Assembly: GCF_037042905.1 (NCBI RefSeq)
Contig: NC_087245.1
Span: 5,148,001 to 5,208,000 of the forward strand
Direction: 5' to 3'
Source: Lytechinus pictus
Lineage: Eukaryota
Length of the DNA stretch: 60,000 nucleotides
This document shows, one piece after another, positions 10,668 to 23,274 of the stretch (position 1 is its first letter; each line of letters opens with the position of its first letter). The translations under genes were made by a program, and so were the position numbers. Below the pieces are notes generated by a model, which saw only the letters and a list, made by a program, of their open reading frames with translations, had not been told where the DNA came from and searched no databases.

Positions 10668-11870
10668 CAGTGCGTCCCACAAAAAACGAAACCGAGATTT
10701 ATCGATGATTTATCATAACTTAATCACAAATACAATAGACAAATGACCTACCATTGTAAAGCCTAGAATCTCCTCTTTCATCTGAAATTACTTAGATTAT
10801 TTGTCATTCACGCATGAGTGAGCAAAAACAATTTGAAGAGGGGATACCAAAAAGTCATTTGGCGGGCTGTATCTGGGTTTCAAAATGAAAACCACATTTC
10901 TAAAAAGTTCAATATCTGCTCTTTAATTTGATACCTCAATGAAAGAAAATAGTTAAGAAATAAGAAAGTTCTGGTTATTTGAAATAGGCTTGAATTTCCA
11001 TAATTTCATAAAATGAAGAGGTTTTATAGGCTAGCGTTCAAACTCACTCAACACTCCGTTTTGTTGACGATCAGCCATGCATGAAGTCTTTTGTTAACCA
11101 TGCGATAGCTTCTGTGGGAAACCGGTGAAAACACGTTTATTTAATGAAATTATGGAAATACAAGCATTGTTTCGAGGGAACGTAACTTTTTTACTTCTTG
11201 ACCATTTTTTGTGATTAAGGTATCAAATTAAAGAGCAGATATTGAAATTTTTTTAGGCATTTTCTTTTGAAATTCAGATACCCCCCGCCAAATGAGTTTT
11301 TGGTATCCTTTCTTCAAATTGTTTTTGCTCACTCATGCGTGAATGAGGAATAATCTAAGTAATATCAGATGAAAGAGGAGATTCTAAGCTTTACATTGGT
11401 AGGTCATTTGTCTATTGTATTTGTGATTAAGTTATGATAAATCATCGCTAAATCTCGGTTTCGTTTTTTCTGGGACGCACTGTATATATGCATTTAGACC
11501 TATACTAATATTTTGAGAATTTTACCCTCTATGTTTTGTGTTGATAACTTTATAATTTTCGCTTTAATGATTGTATGTACATGTCTGTTTACAATTTGCT
11601 TTCTAATCGTGATTTTTTTTTTCGTGTACCTATGTTCTGTGTTGATTACTTTTATCTTTTTAAAATATAATTTATGTTCATTAAGGTATCTGTATATGAT
11701 TAACTACTGTACATTTTTGTTTACAGTTTGTTATTTTAATCTTGGTTTAAAGTGTTTTAAACATGTAAATGTCAGTGCTAATAATGTTTCTTTATTGAAC
11801 TCCTTGGAAGACCAGAATGTGCATGGGCAACCTACCGTATTGGTATGCTCTTTAATATGTAAATATATAC
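9940..11870 (+). mobile_element. 5'-truncated CR1/L2-type LINE (ORF2 C-terminus ~9940-10560, plus a 3' UTR interrupted by a Tc1 MITE)
   Basis: LEQVRHVKYQGIIFD, HVVRKI, RLQKIQNRA, LPKPRTNYLKRS and YNSLP motifs appear in order with frameshifts. An AT-rich UTR ends at the (CTA)n tract. Confidence 0.7.
10668..11482. mobile_element. Tc1/mariner-type foldback MITE, copy 1
   Basis: Termini cagtgcgtcccacaaaaaacgaaaccgagattta / taaatctcggtttcgttttttctgggacgcactg; TA TSD inside a (TA)n tract; inverted arms of several hundred bp. Confidence 0.92.
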
Positions 11871-11921
11871 TACTACTACTCTACTACTCTACTACTACTA
11901 CTTCTACTACTTCTACTACTT

Positions 11922-11974
<53 letters not shown>

Positions 11975-12083
11975 TCTACTACTACTACTACGTCTACTAC
12001 TCTACTCCTACTGCTTCTACTACTTCTACTTCTACTACTTCTACTACTTCTACTACTTCTAATACTTCTCCTACTACTACTAC
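11868..12083. repeat. (CTA)n/(CTT) trinucleotide microsatellite
   Basis: Directly visible; explains the poly-T/L and poly-S/V ORFs. Confidence 0.97.
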
Positions 12084-13080
12084 ATGATAGCACTATAGGT
12101 GAGGGATTCAAACCATCTACACAGAATTATGAAACTCATTAAAAAGGCTTATGTGCATTTTTACAAAATTCACCAAATTGCCTCTTTATTTTTTGACCGA
12201 TTTGGATGTTTGTATTTCATGTGGTGAAGCTATATGAGGTTCACCAAACTTGTAAACAGAATTTTGAAATGTTACTTAAAAATAACTTATGCTGATTTAT
12301 GTGAAATTGTTTTGAAAAAAATAATGCTTCTCTTTAATCTGTAGATTAATTTTAATTATATTCAATTTTTATATAAGAACTAGGAGGGAAATAAACATAA
12401 TTGGTAATTTATGCGCATTTTTAAATCTTAAAAAAATGATTCCTCTTCATTGTTAATCGATTTCCCTTTCCTTGAGGTTTCAGTAGTAGACCCTCACGAG
12501 GTTCACAAAAAGAATTCTGAAATTTTTAGTAAAAAAAAATTAGCAATCCTTTAATTTATATAATTATTAATATTTCTTTACGATAAAAATATACAAATTG
12601 TACACATGTACATATACAGACAAAATTAGAATTTGAAGGAGGCCCTTTTATCATTCACTAGTGTCATATGGACTGCAGTTTGAAAATTGCATTAATTTCT
12701 TGACCGAATGCCGGATAAGCGTCGTTCCATTGATTGGCTCGGTGGATTGAGGCAAGAGGCAGAATCTTCCGTTTCATATTATACATCTGCATGTGAAAGT
12801 CATGAAAACAGGTACATTATATTAATCAACCAATATATCAAAGTTCTGTTAAAACATTCTCATGAATCAAGATGAATGTTTCGTTTAACACAGGACGCAA
12901 TATGATACATCTCTGGTAATTCATTTAATCTCATTCTGACGTTAGGGATGGATGATAGATGTTTGATGTTACATATTAAAAATTATCCGCATGATAGATC
13001 GGTAATAACGACTGTTGAGACTACATGCGTTTTACACTTTGATCAAGTTTAATCTTATCTTAGTTTGAATTATGTGTGGA

Positions 13081-13432
13081 GGAGCCGTGGTGTAGTGGTT
13101 CTGACTCTCGCCTTGTAAACAGAGGGTCGTGTGTTCGAATCCCACCGCGGTCTGGCGTCCTTTGGCAAGGCGTTAATCCACACTTTCCCACTCTCGACCC
13201 ATGTGCTAAATGGGTACCCGGTAGGATGTGAAAGTCATTGTAGCTTGTCCAGTACTGTGTTCGCCTCATCGGCGACTGACTGGAATACTCCCCTGGGAGT
13301 GGAGGATGTGTAAACATTGTGTGCGGGAATAACTGATTGAATCCGATGACCGGGGTAATAATATATCTGTAAAGCGCTTAGACACGTTCCGATGTATTGA
13401 GCGCTATATAAAAGCGGATTATTATTATTATT
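13081..13432 (+). mobile_element. tRNA-derived SINE with LINE-like 3' tail
   Basis: A box TGGTGTAGTGG (13088), B box GTTCGAATCC (13133), central ctctcgacccatgtgctaaatgggtacccgg segment, tail gtaaagcgcttaga..gcgctatataaaagcgga(tta)n. Confidence 0.88.
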
Positions 13433-14373
13433 AATTAAGTATCAAACATAATATGAGAGAATCTAAGCGATTTATTCATGGAAATTTATATTACTAGATT
13501 GTAATAGATGATCATTATCATTTTTTGATATCTCTTTGTGTATCTTTGATTTATACAAAACATGGACAAGGAAATAAAAAAAATGAAATCGAGAGAAATT
13601 CTACTTGTGATCGGATTTTACTTCCTCCAAGAGTGACCCTTTTCAAAAAAGGAATTTTCCTCATGTATGAAACAAACAAACAAACAAACAATCATGCATT
13701 CACCTCATGCCAATGTCATCATACCAATTGTAGGGGAAATAAACACCAATCAAAATTGGTAGTATTATGTAAATTTGCTGTAAATTGTGAATATGATCTT
13801 TATCAAATGAAGGTCTATTTAGATTGAAACCAATAAAAGGAACTATCCCTGGAATATTTTTTCCTTATTATTAAAGCTTTGGAAACTTTCATTTTAATTT
13901 TCAGATTTTATATCTTTATTATTTTTTCAGATAAATACACATACTCCATTGGGTCGTTAAGTGTGGTTATCAATTCAGACGATCATGAAAAATTATGAGA
14001 TGTTAAAATTGACATCATCAAATTGGTCAGTAAAATGAATTTTGAAACTTCATTGGTTCAGGGCACTGGGAATGATTTTTAAATAAGGGATGCTGAGAGT
14101 TTTGTGAAGGGGGTTGTCTGAAAAAAAAATACAAGCAAAATAAATGAATAAATAAACAAACAAATAAAGATTATTGCTCCCAAATCTGCTTCATTTAGGA
14201 GCGATAGCCTTGCTTTTTTTTGCTTGTTAACTTGGTTTCTAGTGGTGCTGCCAATGTGTATTAACATGCACCCCAACACCCCACTTCCCAGAGCCATGCA
14301 TTGGTTGAAACTAAAGGGTTGACCTTGCTCGGTCATGATTTAACCTTTCTCTTCGTTTTCACCCTCTTTCCCA

Positions 14374-15259
14374 TTTTTATACGCCCGTCTTGACGGGACG
14401 TATTATGGTATCACGCTCGGTGTCCGTCCGTCCGTTAACTTTTCCTTGTAAACGCGATAACTTCAGTTTAATTTAACCTAGGCTCATATAATTTGGTATG
14501 TATGATACTAGCATGGATTCCAGGAAGCCTATTGATTTTGAGGTCAAAAGGTCAAGGTCACAGTGACCTATTTTCATCGTACCCTTCTGCAGTCCTTGTA
14601 AACGCGATAACTTAAGTTGAACTTAACCTAGGCTCATATAATTTGGTGTGTATGATACTAGCATGGGTCCCAGGAAGCCTATCGATTTTGAGGTCAAAAG
14701 GTCAAGGTCACAGTGACGTATTTTCATCGTACCCTTCTGCAGTCCTTGTAAACGTGATAAATTAAGTTGAACTTAACCTAGGCTCATATAATTTGGTGTC
14801 TATGATACTAGCATTGATTTCAGGAAGCCTATTGATTTTGAGGTCAAAAGGTCAAAGGTCAAGGTCACAGTGACGTATTTTCATTGTAACCTTCTGCAGT
14901 CCTTGTGAACGCGATAACTTCAGTTTAACTTAACCTAGGCTCATTTAATTTGGTGTGTATGATACTAGCATGGATCCCAGGAAGCCTATTGATTTTGAGG
15001 TCAAAAGGTCAAGGTCACAGTGACATGTTTTCACCTTACCCGCTGCAGTCCTTGTAAACGCGATAACTTCAGTTTAACTTAACCTTTGGGCTCATATAAT
15101 TTGGTTTGTATAACATATATCTCAGGAATTCTATCGATATTGAGGCCAGACAGTCAAAGGTGAAGTCGCTACCTTCGACTTTTCTTGCTTGAACGATATC
15201 TCCATTTTTTCGCTTTACAGGCGGGCGTATTATGTGCTCGCCTTAGCGACACTCTTGTT
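14374..15259 (+). mobile_element. Helentron-associated (HINE/DINE-1-like) element with ~4.7 copies of a ~150-bp repeat
   Basis: T-run start, subterminal IR atacgcccg/cgggcgtat, 5' hairpin, (gtcc)n microsatellite; units start at 14443, 14593, 14743, 14900 and 15049; short 3' hairpin then cttgtt. Confidence 0.8.
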
Positions 15260-17805
15260 CCTAAAGTAATCAATTACAGAATAATCACCATAACTGCTTA
15301 TAGTATTATTAATCTCATTCTACAAGGTTTGGAAAACTTGATGAGGTGAATGCAAATTCACCAGTTAGTAAGTAAAACCAATTCTTTTAGCTATACCTTC
15401 ATTAGCATAGCCAGCAAAGGGCCATTCAACGCTTCCATGACAAGAGAACCCCCCCCCCCAAAAAAAAAAAAAAAACGCAGCTTTGGCATTCATTGACTCT
15501 TTAGTTTATAGCCTTAGCTGCTAAAACTAGGAAAATTAAATTTGTACCTGTTGTCCTGATGCAATTGAGTCATGTGTGGTGTCACGAAAAAATAAAGTTA
15601 ACAACGAAAAAACTTAAGCTTTAATAATCAATCTCTTAATTTCAGCCTTCTAGATTTTGATTTATTTCTTTATATGCACTTATCGCTTCACTCTCCGTCT
15701 TAAAAAATAGTATGGCTCCTAAAACTCTCTATACACCTCATCCCGACTTTCGGAGTAATTTGATCACCTCGAAAGTCGGGTGGCATGTACATAGTTTACT
15801 ACAATTGTGTTGTTGGTACATGGTAAATGCAATACAACTACTCAAAACAAACAATATTATCACCAAGTTACCATGGATATAAATGTCATCAAAATGATAA
15901 ACGAAAACGGTATGTCTTTTGCATATTATTTTTTTTTGTCAGGTATACTGCTCAGAAAGAGCCTCTTAAAGGCATCAACTCGTGTCCTTTACTATGTAAT
16001 GTTTATTATTATTCTTATATTTCCGAGGCGAGTTCTTCACACAGAATGCACCAGATTGATCTTTTCCCGTAATTTCCAATTTAATTATTTGACATTATAA
16101 TCTTTTAAACGTTTATGCTTTCCAAAGAACATTAATATTCTCCTTTCTGTAACGATTTAATTTTGTTGATATTTTGCCCCTTGAACTAACAGTCAATTAG
16201 TACTTCAATTATTCATTCATTCATTAAGTGTATATAAAATCTATATCAAACTGTCTGCACGAGGACGACGAAACGTAACAGTTCCCTTAAGATTTCCCAA
16301 ATGCCTGAAAATTGAGTGTAAGCTCGCCTTTGCGATTAACGTGATAGCAGTTCATTTATTGATGGGAAAATCGAAACCTGAGTCCACGTACAAAATCTGG
16401 AAAATGATTGTGGACATTTAAAGGTTAAGGACCTCATACGAAAGTCTCATACACTGGACCCGGATTTTAAAAGGTAACCACTTTGGGATGGGCCTCTTGA
16501 ACTGTAATTCCACTCCTATATTCCCCATGGCTGCTAAATAGAGAAGCGTTGTCCTATCGTAGAGAGTAAATCGACGACCTTTTCATTCCAGGTGGGAATA
16601 TCGGTAAACTGTGGAAGCATGTCACAGAAATTAGAGAAATTAACTAATTGAGACTCAACTGGGTCACTCAGCTTGCTCAATCGTAGAGTTGAATTAGATT
16701 CAAATAATAGACTTTTACTTTACAAAGCCAGAGTGTAATATAATCATATAGCTTTATTATGATTGCACTCTATACGATGACTTCATGTATCATAAAGCCA
16801 TGTCTAAGATGGCTATAAAAATGATACATCATTTCTGACGAGGCAGGAGCATGCCAGTAAAGAGTCGCTGCTGCTTGGATAAATGCTTATTTTAGTAGAT
16901 CAGCTATTGTACACTCCAAATGTGACAGATTACGGGCAAATATTGGCATTGAGCGTGAAAAACTTTTTCTTCAAAGAACATTTATATGCACATATTGATT
17001 TAATTTCATATCAATAGTTCTGACAAGTTGAATACGGCTACAAGGAAGTAATCAGTATTCAATTCACCTTTCAAATGAGTGACCTTCCGATTATAATTAT
17101 CTTCAGGAGATGGTAGGTGAAGTCTGTTTGTATATTGATAAAATATATTTATCGAACATATTTATTTTCATATATTAAATTTTATTCTATACAGTCATCC
17201 ATTCTCATATAGGAGTGCCTTGAGCACCGAATAAGGTGGATACGAGCGCTATACAAATACCTATATTATTTATAACACTTTCCTTATAAAAACAACTGTT
17301 GTCTTTCCCATAACTCAAATGTTATGTTGTAATAGGCTGTCCGGTTTACATAACGAACAATAATTGAGAAAAAAAAAACCAAACACCAGTACAAGAAAGG
17401 ACAAACTAAACACCATCATTACATAAGTATAAAAAAGCAAGCAAATTTGACACTTAATCGGTGCAACCGTCACATGAAATTGCGATGGGCAGATAAGGTA
17501 AATAAAAGTGCAAAGCGATTTGCTGTAGAGATTACATGACTTACTTCATAATTTGCGCAGGACCGGAAATAACACATCGCATCTGGGGAGATGGTGTAAG
17601 TTGAATTCTCTCTAACCTTTCCGCTTTTTTACATAGACAACAACGTTCGTTCACGTAGCATGTATTATGAATGTTCCGGAAAGAACACAAATTTGATAAA
17701 GAGAGTGAAATTTTGAATCGTAGGTGTCATTTCAAATGAAAATTAAATAATAATGTACTATATTAATGATCCTTTTCATGTTTTGATTCGTTCAGCGTAA
17801 TAGAT

Positions 17806-19252
17806 CAGTGGCGTAACAGGCGGGGGGGCAGGGGGGCAAGCTGCCCCCCCTGGCGGAGCTCACCGGGAAAAAAAAAAAAACGGGAAAAATAAAAAAAAGG
17901 GGGGAAGAAAGGGAAAGGGAAAGGAAAGAAAAAAAGAGGAAAGGTGAAAAAGGAAAGGGGAAGGGGAAAAGGAAAGAGAAAGGGAACAGAAAAGAAAAGA
18001 AAACAAAAAAAAGGGAAAACGGGAAAAGGAAGGAAAGAAGAACAACTGAAAAAAAAAATACATTAGCATGATCAGTAATGCAGGGAAATAAATTAAAGAT
18101 GACAAAATGCAAACAAAAGCGGGAAATGAAGGCAGAATGGAATTAGCCAAAATCTAAATTGGAAAACAAAGAAAAGGGACAAGATAACGTCGTACACTAC
18201 CAGGCTGCCGAGGATTTAAGATAACGAGCGGGAAGAAAGATGGATGGTATATATAGCATAATTTCGTATGAAAGTCTATCATAAACTTGCTAAATCTCCA
18301 AAGCTACCGGGGGCTCTGTCCAAGAGTAAAGACCCCGTGCAGTGGGGGCTCTTCATCTGTAACCTTTAATGGATTCTATAGCGGGCCCCTATACGGACCC
18401 TTCCTGCATTAAGCTTTGCGTTGAAGCACTGGCGTACGGGGGGGGGGGGTGGTTCCACAGCCAAGGGCCGGAAAAGAAAATAAAGGAGGCAGCGAAATAA
18501 CATGAATGAAAAAATATATGACATGATATTTGCTATGATGTAAAAATCTATCACATAATTATAATTTCATTTTAACAGGCCATTTTTCTTTCTGGCTCGC
18601 TTCGCTCGCTAGTGACTTTTTACAAATTTTCCCACATTTGCTATGGTGTGCCCCTCACAATATTTGGATGATTACGATACACAACTGCATTGAATTTATG
18701 TGTTGTGTGAAAGCTATACAAATACACACGCAATTTGATTAAAATAAGTGGCCATCTGTTAAGGTTTAAAATGGCTTTAATATCAAGAGGTTCCGGGACT
18801 CTGCCCTGGACCCCACCCATAAAGCACTGCTATATGGATGAGTTTGGACCAAGGCCCCAAAAATTCTACAACCAAAGGAAAGTGTATTATATATTTCTGA
18901 ATATCACGTTAAAAACTATCTTCATGTTAGATTCTCATGGAAAGGTGATTTTTTTTTCTCGCTCGCTTCGCTCGCTCGGGCGTACAAAAAAAAGAGAGAA
19001 AAAAGAGGAGGGTGAAATATGATATCATCTTTTTAACATTATGTAAAAATCTATCACAAAATTTGATTTTTGCAATAAAAATGTCAAAAATTTTTGCTCG
19101 CTCGCTCGCATTTATATATATATATTTTTGCCCGATACGCCATATCACCCCCTCAAAATTTTTGCCTTATGACGCCATTGCCTGTTCCATGATATGACCG
19201 GGAAATTTTTGGCTCTTGCCCCCCCTGGCCACCGACCCCTGTTACGCCGCTG
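17806..19252. mobile_element. hAT-type non-autonomous element
   Basis: TIRs cagtggcgtaacagg / cctgttacgccgctg; perfect 8-bp TSD taatagat (17798-17805 and 19253-19260); internal GA-rich tract and ctcgcttcgctcgct motifs. Confidence 0.9.
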
Positions 19253-19735
19253 TAATAGATGAGGGTTTTCTCCACTCATATTTGTGATATTCCCATAAGA
19301 TGGTAAGGCTGCTGATTTGTTTTTTTTTTATTACCGTCGCGATGACACCAAGGGAAAACCTTTAGAGATAAATGAAACGAAATAGCGTTATAAAGAGAAT
19401 GATTGGAGATGAAAAAATATTCATCATTCAGCTGGTGAATTACCACATTAAAACAATCGTCCGTATCTGTTGCTAGGAGATGTGACTTAGTGCCGCATAA
19501 TTTGTTTCTGAAATGATTGAGTAAAGTGGAATGTATGGACGTGATTTACATTACCGAGAATAAGCTAAGACTGTATCACCGATGGTTGTTTTTAAATTAT
19601 TTTTTCAATACTTTTTAATGGATAGTTCAAGGGGACGAACATGTAGGATAGAGTTTTGATTTATAATATTTAAATATCCTCGATGTACATGTATATTCTT
19701 TTCTATCACGGCAAGGATCATGCACAACATACTTT

Positions 19736-21478
19736 AGACTCGTTCAGACGGATTCCTAACACTAACAAAAGCCGCATTCAGACGTGGGATTCTAGTCGAG
19801 AGTAAAATTTCATTATTCATGGATTAAAATTCCAAAGATGTTTATCTGTAATATCACGACCTGGACATAAGCTGTTTTGGTCAGATGAAGCCCATGTAGT
19901 CGAAGGAAAGGTTAGGGTGGTGCTCATCTGGACAGAGTTACTCCGACCTATCTCCGACCAAGATACTCCTGTTCGGAGGTATAAGAGGTCGGAGGAAGGT
20001 TGGAGTAGTGCTCGTCTGGACAGAGTGACTCCGACCTATCACCGACCAAGTTACTCCTAGTCGGAGGTAGTAGGTCTGAGGAAGGTTGGAGTAGTGCTCG
20101 TCTGGACAGAGTTACTCCGACCTATCACCGACCAAGATACTCCTAGTCGGAGGTAGGAGGTCTGAGGAAGGTTGGAGTAGTGCTCGTCTGGACAGAGTGA
20201 CTCCGACCTATCACCGACCAAGATACTCCTAGTCGGAGGTAGGAGGTCTGAGGAAGGTTGGAGTAGTGCTCGTCTGGACAGAGTTACTCCGACCTATCAC
20301 CGACCAAGATACTCCTGGTCGGAGGTAGGAGGTCTGAGGAAGGTTGGAGTAGTGCTCGTCTGGACAGAGTTACTCCGACCTATCACCGACCAAGATACTC
20401 CTAGTCGGAGGTAGGAGGTCTGAGGAAGGTTGGAGTAGTGCTCGTCTGGACAGAGTGACTCCGACCTATCACCGACCAAGATACTCCTAGTCGGAGGTAG
20501 GAGGTCTGAGGAAGGTTGGAGTAGTGCTCGTCTGGACAGAGTTACTCCGACCTATCACCGACCAAGATACTCCTGGTCGGAGGTAGGAGGTCTGAGGAAG
20601 GTTGGAGTAGTGCTCGTCTGGACAGAGTTACTCCGACCTATCACCGACCAAGATACTCCTAGTCGGAGGTAGGAGGTCTGAGGAAGGTTGGAGTAGTGCT
20701 CGTCTGGACAGAGTGACTCCGACCTATCACCGACCAAGTTACTCCTAGTCGGAGGTAGGAGGTCTGAGGAAGGTTGGAGTAGTGCTCGTCTGGACAGAGT
20801 GACTCCGACCTATCACCGACCAAGTTACTCCTAGTCGGAGGTAGGAGGTCTGAGGAAGGTTGGAGTAGTGCTCGTCTGGACAGAGTGACTCCGACCTATC
20901 ACCGACCAAGATACTCCTAGTCGGAGGTAGGAGGTCTGAGGAAGGTTGGAGTAGTGCTCGTCTGGACAGAGTTACTCCGACCTATCACCGACCAAGATAC
21001 TCCTGGTCGGAGGAAGGTTGGAGTAGTGCTCGTCTGGACAGAGTTACTCCGACCTATCACCGACCAAGATATTCCTGGTCGGAGGCATAAGAGGTCGGAG
21101 GAAGGTTGGAGTAGTGCTCGTCTGGACAGAGTTACTCCGACCTATCACCGACCAAGATACTCCTGGTCGGAGGTATAAGAGGTCGGAGGAAGGTTGGAGT
21201 AGTGCTCGTCTGGACAGAGATACTCCGACCTATCACCGACCAAGATACTCCTAGTCGGAGGTAGGAGGTCTGAGGAAGGTTGGAGTAACTCCGTACAGAT
21301 GGGCACTACTTCGACCTTTCCTGAGATTGGGCTTCCTCCGATGCTTCTTCCGACCAATGAACAGCCTATGTCTAGGTCGTGATATTAAGGATAATAACTT
21401 TAGAATTTTAGTCCATGCATAATATAAATTTACTATGACTAGAATCCCACGTCTGAATGCTGTTTTGTTAGTGTAAGG
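19736..21478. mobile_element. Inverted-repeat element (Harbinger-like ends) enclosing a tandem array
   Basis: ~120-bp inverted arms: cctaacactaacaaaagccgcattcagacgtgggattctagtc...aatatcacgacctggacata versus tatgtctaggtcgtgatatt...gactagaatcccacgtctgaatgctgttttgttagtgtaagg. The outermost ~20 bp have no right-hand partner. Confidence 0.75.
19905..21292. repeat. Minisatellite, 16 copies of an 86-bp unit (variants of 88 and 72 bp)
   Basis: ctggacagag anchor at 19928, 20016, 20102, 20188, 20274, 20360, 20446, 20532, 20618, 20704, 20790, 20876, 20962, 21034, 21122 and 21210. Confidence 0.97.
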
Positions 21479-23274
21479 TCTACATTAGCGTAATGAAATA
21501 TTATTGACATAAGTTAGAATGAGTGCCTAAGCAATGAAATGAATTGTTTACCTTAAAAAAAAGAATAAATGGACCACTAAAAAGAATTACATTGTGATTT
21601 TGTTAGTGTAAGGTCTACATTCACATTGTGATTTTTTTTAATCATCAGATAGAGGTATTAAAAGTAACATGTATACATACAATATAAATGAAAAGTTTAA
21701 TGTAAGAACGCAATAATTTATTTGTATCACATTCTTTTCCAAGATTGCCTACCTGTTATCTGAATATTTTCTAATAAAAGAAGTATATAAAATCAACCCT
21801 TAATTCTGACCCTTGAATATGTCTTTTACACACGTATTACTTCGATAAATAGTAAATTGTAAAACAATACACCAAATAGGAAATTGAAAAAGCTAATGCA
21901 AGTAATAATAATCAAAACTGGTGTGCACCTCCAATTGACCGACCCACAACTGTGAATCACCTATTAAACAAGTAGGTTTTGAGTAGGGTTTTGAACTGAT
22001 TCACAGATTTGGCATTATGAATTTATAAGATGGTAGCTTATCCCCCCCCCCAAAAAAAAAAAAAAGAGAAAAAATATGACAACTGATTGAATCTTATAAA
22101 AACCTGATGAATTGTTGTTTATTTGCTGAAATGTCTATAAAAAGCGGGATACCTTCGAGAAAGTACTCGAATGGTTTACCTGGAAATAAAAAGAAATTGC
22201 CTAGATAAATGTCTGATGGATATTATAACGCACCCTGGGTAGATTTAGTTAATATCCTTTCCTAATCACACTCTATGCATTAGAAATTAATGCGTGCATA
22301 TTGCACTCTGTATTACTTATTCATTATTCATCAATATATTCTATTTTTATATTTAGGTTTTATTGTAGATAAAAAGGATGTGGATTTGGAAAGGTTTTAG
22401 TAGAAACATGTTACACTAGACGTGAAAATGTTACAGAATTAAGGATTCTGTTTATGTTCATAGACCTTGCAGAAGCGGAAGGAAATTATACTAATATCAA
22501 ATTATATAAATGGATAAAACATCAAATATGAGTAAAAAAAAAAAAAAGAAAGAGAAATATTTCAGCATTTACCGTGTTAATCATAATAACAAAAATCATA
22601 TGAAGAATCCTTTACTCTTCGAGTGTGGTTATTTGAGGGTCATATTTCAGATAATCCCGAGTTAACTTCGACCAAAGTTTTATGGAGTGCCAATTGCCAA
22701 CTCAGTCACTAATGGAGAAAAAATCTTATCATGCTGCAAAAAGTTGTCCAAAATAATTGAGTCGTGAAATAGGAAGAAGAAGAAAATGCAAATGTATTTG
22801 AATGTTAATTAATTAATCTATACATTATAATTGTTACGAATGTAGAAGAAATATTACGAAGCCCATCATTCAATTGAAGTGTCGTTTAAAATTCTAGTTT
22901 GGACTATGATTATAAATAGGGTTGAACCTAGGTTTAATTATCAGAATACCACCAAGTGTGTTCTCTAAAAATGACGAGTATCCGCCAATGTCTAAAATTA
23001 GGAAGGAACATAATTATATAGGCAAAATCTAATTAATGTCGGTTCTATATTTTGTACAAAGCCCTCCTTTTTGTAGTGGACAGTTGCAAGAAAACAAATA
23101 CATGACGTATTGATATAAGTATTCAAACTATAGCGAATACATGTAATTCTTCTTGTCTTCGTAATAATTCCCATTGAGACTTTTAAGCCTTGGATGAGCT
23201 CATAATATTTGCAAAAGGAAATATTATCATGATTATGTCCCTCCATTATTGTGTACCAGTGCAGTAGACAGATG

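Noticed and set aside
11513..12142. 209-aa ORF (and the antisense 75-aa ORF)
   Set aside because: Open only because of T-rich UTR sequence and the (CTA)n microsatellite; non-ATG start; no domain.
13081..13155. tRNA gene
   Set aside because: A and B boxes are present, but the cloverleaf is imperfect and it continues into a SINE body and LINE-like tail.
15448..15475. C-run/A-run junction (also at 22042-22065) as a functional signal
   Set aside because: Simple homopolymer slippage tracts with no further shared context.
17792..18150. Phe/Ser/Pro-rich ORFs resembling membrane proteins
   Set aside because: Antisense reading of a GA-rich low-complexity tract within the hAT element.
20064..20082. 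let-7-like microRNA (gaggtagtaggt)
   Set aside because: A single-base variant of the minisatellite unit; the 3' half does not match let-7.
19905..21292. CRISPR array
   Set aside because: Units are repeated end to end with no unique spacers, there are no cas genes, and the context is eukaryotic.
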